11,710 bases of DNA from Pseudomonadota bacterium. GTDB lineage: Bacteria; Bdellovibrionota_B; Oligoflexia; Oligoflexales; RGVZ01. Position numbers and translations under genes: made by a program. Below the pieces are notes generated by a model. The model made no database searches and was not told where the DNA came from. It saw nothing but the letters and a program-made list of their open reading frames with translations. The stretch's first letter is position 1; every line of letters begins with the position of its first letter. This document shows positions 6,531 through 11,710 of the stretch, piece by piece. Location: assembly GCA_041178085.1 (NCBI GenBank), contig JBEGVZ010000055.1, positions 1 to 11,710 on the forward strand, written 5' to 3'.

Positions 6531-8375
6531 TCACTGTACGGGGAATTCCACCTGCGGTAATTTGGCCTCCGGGGCCTCTCGTTCAATTGCAGGGGACGGT
6601 CCTTTGCTCATTTTCGCACTTTCTTCCATTGCAAGCACCCTGAGCGCAAACTCATCGATCATATGAACTTTTTGCTGAACGCTGATACGCACGGAATTGG
6701 CCAGTGCGCGGCGTGCGGCTCCGTCCTCTTTCCGGACCAGGCCGCGGGTCAGGCTGACCAACCCTTCGGTCTTGACGGCGGCAGCACTGGTTGCATGTTG
6801 CAGGCGCTGGCTGTTTCCGGCTGCGTTGCTGGCCAGGATGCGAAGTTCTTGCACATTTGCATGGGTGCGGGTCGCGTTTTGGTTGATCATCTCGCCGGTG
6901 ACACTGAGATGTGCCGCTTCGGTCGCAATCCGCTGGCTGGCCTTGATCGTGTTGGCCATGGCGGCCTGGATTTCGCGGGCGACAGCCCCCTGGTCAAATT
7001 GCGGTGAGCCTGTGGTCGTTGTCCTGTGCACCGACTCCAGTCTTTGGATCATGTTCAATGCGGCAAAGCGAACTTCCCCGGTGGTCTGGGCCATCGTCCC
7101 CGCCATCTTTGCGAGCGAGACGTTGTAGCCCGCAAGTCTTTCCGCCGTCTTTTGCAGATGTTGCTCGCGGGCCTGGTATTCGTCGAGGGTCCTCGATGTT
7201 GTGCCGGCTGCACGTTCGATCGCAAGGGCAAGCCCTGACGCCATGTCACGGGCGGCGGCAAGAATGGTCGATGCTTCCGTAAGGTTTGCCGCTTCTTCAT
7301 CGAGCAAGTGTGGAACCCTAGCGGACCCTGGCCCGTTGATGCTATCGGCCGTGGCCGCGAAGTTGAGGTTCACCTGAAGGAGCTTCACGATTTCGGCCAG
7401 CGAATCGAGCAAGCCCCGCAACGCAGTTGCCTTGCCATCGAGCGCAGAGATTATCTCAATGCACGAGGCGGATGGGTTAGTGCTGACAGCAGTGGGGAGG
7501 GTTGCAGAGAACGCCTCAACACCGGACTGTCCGAACCCGGTTGCATTGGCCGAGGTCCGGAATGCAAGCAGTGTTTTCTCCAACTCAGCGACCAGCAATT
7601 TAAGTTCCGTCGCGACATCGATGGCGTTCTTGGATGCTCTCTCGTGGTTGCTCGAAGCGGCCAGCTGGATCGCTTGCAGCGTGCCGGCTGCCTGGGTGAG
7701 CGCCTGCGCTTCACCGGTGATCGTTGCCAGATCCCTGGCATGCATGGCGATGTGCTCACTCTGGAAGCGGGCTTGTGCCTCAAGCGCAGCCAGTTTCTCC
7801 CGGTATCCAGCGATTTCTTCGATGGTCTGTTGGGCTTCTTTCTGCAGCGAATCGATCTGGGCCAGAGCGGAAGCCTGGGCCTCGGTGATCCGGCGCAGCC
7901 TGCCTTGTTCAGCACCTGGTTCACCACTGTCGGTACTGTAGGCGTTGGCAAGCTTGCCTGTAATGTCCGCGATGTCTGTGGCTTGCTGGCGGATCGAACT
8001 TGCGACGGATCCGATGGACGTCTTTCGCTTCCTTCCTTGTGTGACGCTGCCTGAATAGGGGTTTTCGAAGTCGAGTTCGAAAAGCGCCATCGAAGCTTCT
8101 CCCGCAACTTCGTCAGCGCCGGGGCCAACTTGTTTGCGCAAGAAAGTCATTGTGGTCAGGATCGAGACAAGACCCAGCGCACAGACAATCTGCAGCCAGT
8201 CGCCGGCGTTGGCCGGTCCCTTTCCGGACAGGTCGTGAGCAATCACGATCGCCAGCAGGATGGACATCACAAGCGCAACAACCAACCACGCCCCCATCGC
8301 GCCCGAGCTGGATCGCGCCGGGTGTGACAGGGCTTCGTCGTGCGCTTCGTTGTGATGTGCCTTGCTGTTCGCCAC
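6531..8375 (-). CDS. Two-TM membrane protein with a long Ala/Gln-rich coiled coil; degenerate methyl-accepting chemotaxis protein (MCP)-like
   Basis: GGAGG (8384-8380) before GTG 8375. Hydrophobic segments AWLVVALVMSILLAIVIA and WLQIVCALGLVSILTTMTFL flank a very short loop. Segment 7400-7269 aligns by eye with the MCP hairpin-tip motif. Confidence 0.75.
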   Translation of the reverse strand: MANSKAHHNEAHDEALSHPARSSSGAMGAWLVVALVMSILLAIVIAHDLSGKGPANAGDWLQIVCALGLVSILTTMTFLRKQVGPGADEVAGEASMALFELDFENPYSGSVTQGRKRKTSIGSVASSIRQQATDIADITGKLANAYSTDSGEPGAEQGRLRRITEAQASALAQIDSLQKEAQQTIEEIAGYREKLAALEAQARFQSEHIAMHARDLATITGEAQALTQAAGTLQAIQLAASSNHERASKNAIDVATELKLLVAELEKTLLAFRTSANATGFGQSGVEAFSATLPTAVSTNPSASCIEIISALDGKATALRGLLDSLAEIVKLLQVNLNFAATADSINGPGSARVPHLLDEEAANLTEASTILAAARDMASGLALAIERAAGTTSRTLDEYQAREQHLQKTAERLAGYNVSLAKMAGTMAQTTGEVRFAALNMIQRLESVHRTTTTGSPQFDQGAVAREIQAAMANTIKASQRIATEAAHLSVTGEMINQNATRTHANVQELRILASNAAGNSQRLQHATSAAAVKTEGLVSLTRGLVRKEDGAARRALANSVRISVQQKVHMIDEFALRVLAMEESAKMSKGPSPAIEREAPEAKLPQVEFPVQ

Positions 8376-8421
8376 GAGACCTCCACGCCCCTGCCGTTCG
8401 CAGGCAGGGAGCACGAAAGGT

Positions 8422-8448
8422 ATATCGGTGGACTTGGCTTGAGATTGA
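8422..8448 (-). promoter_or_regulatory. Putative sigma28 (FliA) promoter TCAA-N15-ACCGATAT
   Basis: Minus strand reads TCAA tctcaagccaagtcc ACCGATAT, versus consensus TAAA-N15-GCCGATAA. Spacer is exactly 15 nt with the CCGATA core. It is intergenic, upstream of MCP-like and flagellin genes. Confidence 0.7.
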
Positions 8449-8461
8449 CTGTGAGGGTATC

Positions 8462-8486
8462 CCGGGCGGCGTTGTGATGCGCCCGG
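8462..8486. other. GC-rich hairpin CCGGGCG-N11-CGCCCGG downstream of the M23 gene (possible weak terminator or RNA-stabilising stem)
   Basis: 7-bp perfect GC stem about 20 nt after the M23 stop. No U-tract. Confidence 0.35.
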
Positions 8487-8506
8487 AAGTTGCGGAACTC
8501 AATGCA

Positions 8507-9595
8507 TCATTGACTAGAATTTGTTTTTTCAGCAACAGTCCATTGCACGGTTCCCTCGGCCGTATTGCCGGCAAAGTCGCGTGCGATGATACGGGCTTCG
8601 TGCCGCCCCGGCTTGTCAGGGAACCGCCTGCGACCGTCCTTGACAAAGCCGATATCGATGGTCAGGCGGCGGCAAGTGTAATTGCCGCAGGTCATGTCGG
8701 GAACGAATAGCTCTTCAACGTGTCGTTCCGGCGTGGTTGGATCGGGTAGTGTCTGAAAGTCCCACACCACTTCCGGGGTTCCACCGTCGATCGCCACTTC
8801 CACGCGATGTGGGGGAACTACATATTTGTCGTGCAGGATCAAATCGTGAATCGTTGCGTGGATGGAGTAGTCACCTTCCACTGGGCGGTCTCCCCAGTCC
8901 CGACCACCCTTGAGCACTCCGCTGGCGATGATCGCAGGTGCCGAGTTGTCGTTCAGTTCATCCAGGAACATGAAGGGACTCAGGTAACTTGCGCCGGTCC
9001 CCAAGACGTTGAGGTGCACGTGGTCGTATCGTTCGCCGAACGATGAAACGCTCCAGCGGTAGATTTCGCCGATGGTGGTTCCAGGCGCAATTTTGGCACC
9101 GCTGCGCCAGGCATTCCAGATCGCCGAAGGAATCGATTCCTTTTCCACGTGATGGTATTGCCAGAGGTATCCTTCATCATCCAGCACGGCGACTTCCCAG
9201 TAGGCGGGATTGCCGGGCATGTAATTCTCGATGTTGACGACTTTGCCGCCTGCTGATGCTACGACGGGAGTTCCCGCATCACCCCGGATATCCAGTCCGT
9301 GATGAAAATAGGGTTCTCCACCGTAATACTGATACGAGGCGTTCGTGTGCCCGATTGACAGCAGGGGGAACGGCCAAGGGTGTCGTTGTGTGGAAGTCGC
9401 GTCAGATCCGGGGGTGCCGGGGATTTTGCCTGCAGGCAGATGGGCAAACTTCAGGATCCTTTGGCGTTCCAGAACAGGGTCCATGCAGCCGGCATTGGTT
9501 TCCGCCGCCGTATTTGCAGCGAATAACGGAGTTGCCGTTGTAAGGATTACAAAGAGGTTTGCGGCAAAGGCTACGGAGATTCTGGAAAGTCCCAT
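8507..9595 (-). CDS. Secreted M23-family (LytM-like) zinc metallopeptidase with a C-terminal beta-rich domain
   Basis: Signal peptide (..TATPLFA|AN). HxxxD motif YFHHGLDI, GTPVVASAGGKV, YHHV, HxH motif DHVHL. C-terminal ARDFAGN is typical of Ig-like domain ends. GGAGG lies 8 nt before the ATG. Confidence 0.9.
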   Translation of the reverse strand: MGLSRISVAFAANLFVILTTATPLFAANTAAETNAGCMDPVLERQRILKFAHLPAGKIPGTPGSDATSTQRHPWPFPLLSIGHTNASYQYYGGEPYFHHGLDIRGDAGTPVVASAGGKVVNIENYMPGNPAYWEVAVLDDEGYLWQYHHVEKESIPSAIWNAWRSGAKIAPGTTIGEIYRWSVSSFGERYDHVHLNVLGTGASYLSPFMFLDELNDNSAPAIIASGVLKGGRDWGDRPVEGDYSIHATIHDLILHDKYVVPPHRVEVAIDGGTPEVVWDFQTLPDPTTPERHVEELFVPDMTCGNYTCRRLTIDIGFVKDGRRRFPDKPGRHEARIIARDFAGNTAEGTVQWTVAEKTNSSQ

Positions 9596-9707
9596 GAAAG
9601 TGGCCTCCCTGGTCGATGGCGGCAGTCATTCCCTTGACTGGCCAGCCAATGCTAACACTTTTGCCCGGAAATGGGTTAGGAGGAGCGCTCTTTTGAAGGA
9701 GGTTCCC

Positions 9708-10148
9708 ATGAGAAGAATCGTCATTTTGCTGGCCGCCCTGTTTGTCACGTCTCCTGTGCTTGCCGATGGGGTTTATGAAACCGAGGCCATGAGGCAAATT
9801 GCCCGCAAGGCCGCCGTGATCGAGTCGCTCGAGGTTTCCCCAACCCTTGGCGGGATCAATCCGGATGCCTTTGCCTATGTGATCAAGGGTTTGGTTCAGA
9901 CGGGCACCAATCGTTGTGATGCCGGTGGCAGGAAGATCGAAATCCGGACGAAAATCGCGGGTCAGGACCTGCTGGTATATGCCACGGTGACCAAGGCGCC
10001 CCAGGAAGACACGCGCGTTTGCACGATGGAATACGATCCCGTCATGGCTTCATTCGAATTTACCGTCCGTGGTTACCGCTCCAAGGTGGATCAAATGGTG
10101 ATCGTGAACGTCGATCGGGAAAGAAGCTACGAGGGTGTCCAGCCGTAA
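9708..10148 (+). CDS. Secreted hypothetical protein (146 aa) with two Cys and a Kazal/SSI-like CTMEYDPV loop
   Basis: AAGGAGG (9696-9702) before ATG 9708. Signal peptide MRRIVILLAALFVTSPVLA. The ORF-track start at 9345 overlaps the M23 gene and is not credible. Confidence 0.85.
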   Translation: MRRIVILLAALFVTSPVLADGVYETEAMRQIARKAAVIESLEVSPTLGGINPDAFAYVIKGLVQTGTNRCDAGGRKIEIRTKIAGQDLLVYATVTKAPQEDTRVCTMEYDPVMASFEFTVRGYRSKVDQMVIVNVDRERSYEGVQP

Positions 10149-10181
10149 CGGTTAGTCAGGCTGGTTTCTGGCACTCGTTTG

Positions 10182-10244
10182 TTGATATTGCTAGGTTTTT
10201 TTATAAAATCTTTATGCTTGATTTTATAAAAGTAATGATATAAA
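10182..10244 (+). promoter_or_regulatory. AT-rich sigma70-like promoter candidates: TTGATA-N16-TAAAAT (10182-10209) and extended -10 TGaTATAAA (10236-10244)
   Basis: Sharp AT-rich island upstream of the lipoprotein gene with near-consensus hexamers. Confidence 0.5.
10199..10231. repeat. Perfect 12-bp inverted repeat TTTTATAAAATC-N9-GATTTTATAAAA (candidate operator)
   Basis: Arms 10199-10210 and 10220-10231 are exact reverse complements. Each arm contains the self-palindrome TTTTATAAAA. Confidence 0.75.
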
Positions 10245-10327
10245 ACATATTCTATGTCTGGTGGGTCAGTAATATCTGGCCCGGCGCGGTTGTCCTGCCG
10301 CTGATCCACCACCACATAGAGGCTCTG

Positions 10328-10633
10328 ATGAATTCCAAGTATCTGATTTTAGCTACCTTTTTGCTGGCATCCTGTGGCAGCGAGCCAAAAAAGGGCAGCA
10401 GCTCACCGCCTCCGTCCAAGCCGAAACCAACTCCAACTTCGACCCCGGAGCCGCCAATGACTCCGCAGGTTTCGACGCCAGCAGTGGTTCCGCCGCCGCC
10501 GCCGCAATATGCACCGCCGGCACCGCAAGGCGGTCCCCAAGTGGACCAGACGGAATGCCCGAACGGCCCAGTTAGACGCTGGCTCTACAATGTGTTCCAC
10601 AAGGAAGATTGTCCGCCACTCGCTAACGAATGA
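10328..10633 (+). CDS. Small proline-rich lipoprotein with a C-terminal Cys-x17-Cys loop
   Basis: Lipoprotein signal MNSKYLILATFLLAS|C (lipobox LASC). GAGG SD at 10319-10322. Pro/Ser/Thr-rich linker. Followed by an intrinsic terminator. Confidence 0.85.
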   Translation: MNSKYLILATFLLASCGSEPKKGSSSPPPSKPKPTPTSTPEPPMTPQVSTPAVVPPPPPQYAPPAPQGGPQVDQTECPNGPVRRWLYNVFHKEDCPPLANE

Positions 10634-10657
10634 GCGGAGACTAACCTGCGCAAAACC

Positions 10658-10692
10658 GGACCCGGAATCCCAGAGATTCCGGGTCCTTTTTT
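10658..10692 (+). terminator. Rho-independent terminator
   Basis: 12-bp perfect stem GGACCCGGAATC / GATTCCGGGTCC, 5-nt loop, followed by TTTTTT, 24 nt after the lipoprotein stop. Confidence 0.92.
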
Positions 10693-10729
10693 CGCTATGA
10701 CTTCAGCTTCAGGCTGAAGGGGTGTTGGA

Positions 10730-11611
10730 TTGAAGGCAGTGCGTTTCAAACGTGTGAACGTAGAGATCAGCAACATCTGCAACTTGAAGTGTTCCTTCTG
10801 CCCTGCGGTGGAGCGCGACAAGCAGGTGATGGATGCTGGGCGTTTCGACCATGTCATCCGCCAACTGGCGCCGATGACGGAAGAGGTGGTCCTGCACCTG
10901 CTGGGAGAACCGCTTGGCCATCCTGAATTCGCCAAAATACTCGATGCCTGTGACGCGGCCGGTGTACCCGCAAACATCGTCACCAATGGCGTCTTGATGA
11001 CCGGGGATCGCCCGGCCCAGCTGTTGCGTCCGGTAGTCCGCCAGGTAAGTTTTTCGCTACACAGTTTTGAAGAGAATTTTCGTGATACAGACCCGGCCCC
11101 ATATCTTCAGCGGCTGAAGAAATTCATCGACCGTGCCCTCGATGATCGTCCCGACTTGTACATCAACCTGCGTTTGTGGGATCTGGATGGCCCTGGCGCG
11201 GGGGATTCCGGGCACAACATACGCATGCGTGACCTGGTGGCCAGGACCTGGGAATTTGACTGGGCAGAGGTACGCGTCGACTTGCGGCGCCGCAAAAACT
11301 GGCGCATCAGAGGCAGGCTTTACCTTCATTTTGACACGCGTTTTGAATGGCCAGACATGACCTCACCGGTGCGCAGTGACAAGGGTTTCTGCCATGGGCT
11401 CAGCGGCCATTTCGGTATTCATGCCGATGGCACGGTGGTGCCATGTTGTCTGGACCACAAAGCAGACATGCCGCTGGGCAATGCATTCACAACACCGGTA
11501 TCAGAGATCCTTGCCCAGCCCAGGGCTACTGCCATTCGCGAGGGCTTTGCACGGGGAGAGCTGGTGGAAGATTTGTGCAAGCGATGCACATTCATCAGCC
11601 GTTTCGAGTAG
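10730..11611 (+). CDS. Radical SAM protein with a C-terminal SPASM/twitch-type Fe-S domain, function unknown
   Basis: CNLKCSFC (CxxxCxxC), LGEP, IVTNG, SFSLH. C-terminal FCHGL..GIHADGTVVPCCLD..LGN..LCKRC. TTG start with AAGGGGTG SD. Confidence 0.93.
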   Translation: MKAVRFKRVNVEISNICNLKCSFCPAVERDKQVMDAGRFDHVIRQLAPMTEEVVLHLLGEPLGHPEFAKILDACDAAGVPANIVTNGVLMTGDRPAQLLRPVVRQVSFSLHSFEENFRDTDPAPYLQRLKKFIDRALDDRPDLYINLRLWDLDGPGAGDSGHNIRMRDLVARTWEFDWAEVRVDLRRRKNWRIRGRLYLHFDTRFEWPDMTSPVRSDKGFCHGLSGHFGIHADGTVVPCCLDHKADMPLGNAFTTPVSEILAQPRATAIREGFARGELVEDLCKRCTFISRFE

Positions 11612-11617
11612 CCGTCG

Positions 11618-11710
11618 TCAAGGGTGCCACCTGCGGCGGTAATCCTTCATCCAGGGCGAAGCATCCCCGCCTGGACCTGTGCGGTAAAAAATTTCCTCCC
11701 GCAAAGGTGC
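11618..11710 (-). CDS. Probable 3' end of a convergent gene entering from the right edge (...APLREEIFYRTGPGGDASPWMKDYRRRWHP*)
   Basis: Minus-strand frame is open from the window edge to TGA at 11620-11618, 6 nt from the radical SAM stop. Unidentifiable. Confidence 0.4.
   Translation of the reverse strand, partial: APLREEIFYRTGPGGDASPWMKDYRRRWHP

Noticed and set aside
7308..8128. Overlapping ORFs 7308-8054 (+), 7432-7941 (+) and 7451-8128 (-) as alternatives to the MCP-like gene
   Set aside because: The 614-aa frame has an SD, TM helices, heptad pattern and operon fit. The others lack these.
8376..8414. ORF-track start of the MCP-like gene at 8414
   Set aside because: It coincides with the predicted sigma28 TSS and has no SD, whereas GTG 8375 has GGAGG.
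9634..9662. Sigma70 promoter starting at TTGACT for the secreted protein gene
   Set aside because: No convincing -10 hexamer at 16-18 nt spacing.
9345..9707. 121-aa N-terminal extension of the secreted protein
   Set aside because: It overlaps the M23 gene on the opposite strand. The SD and signal peptide define the start at 9708.
10169..10185. Sigma54-like TGGCAC
   Set aside because: No GC dinucleotide at the -12 position (the sequence reads TT).
10196..10222. Possible dif/Xer site (ATAA-aatct-TTATGCTTGAT resembles the XerD arm TTATGTTAAAT)
   Set aside because: The central spacer is 5 nt rather than 6, the XerC arm is just poly-T, and such matches are easy to obtain in AT-rich DNA.
10328..11611. 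Lipoprotein as a RiPP precursor for the adjacent radical SAM/SPASM enzyme
   Set aside because: A strong terminator separates them, the peptide is Sec/SPII-exported, and no RRE/PqqD domain, protease or transporter is present. Not strictly excluded.
1..11710. CRISPR arrays, tRNA/rRNA, IS elements, integrases
   Set aside because: No regularly spaced repeats, RNA gene signatures, or transposase/recombinase motifs were seen.

Overview
Bacterial chromosomal window of roughly 60% GC (estimated by eye). The gene style tentatively suggests a Bdellovibrionota/Oligoflexia-like or deltaproteobacterial-type organism (inference only). Left to right: nadB (L-aspartate oxidase, +); a small 4-Cys zinc-ribbon protein whose C-terminal half looks like a catalytically degenerate PD-(D/E)XK fold (-); an App1/DUF2183-like HAD phosphatase (+); then a minus-strand run, read in transcription order as M23 peptidase, membrane protein with a heavily degenerate MCP signalling hairpin, divergent flagellin, eutB, eutC. 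To the right are a secreted protein with a Kazal/SSI-like CTMEYDPV loop, an AT-rich promoter region with a perfect 12-bp inverted repeat, a proline-rich lipoprotein with its terminator, and a radical SAM SPASM/twitch protein. The most striking observation is a candidate sigma28 (FliA) operon. A TCAA-N15-ACCGATAT promoter precedes pseudo-MCP, flagellin-like gene, eutB and eutC, and GTGA stop/start overlaps join flagellin to eutB and eutB to eutC. This would put B12-dependent ethanolamine catabolism in the flagellar regulon. No RNA genes, CRISPR arrays or mobile elements were recognised.
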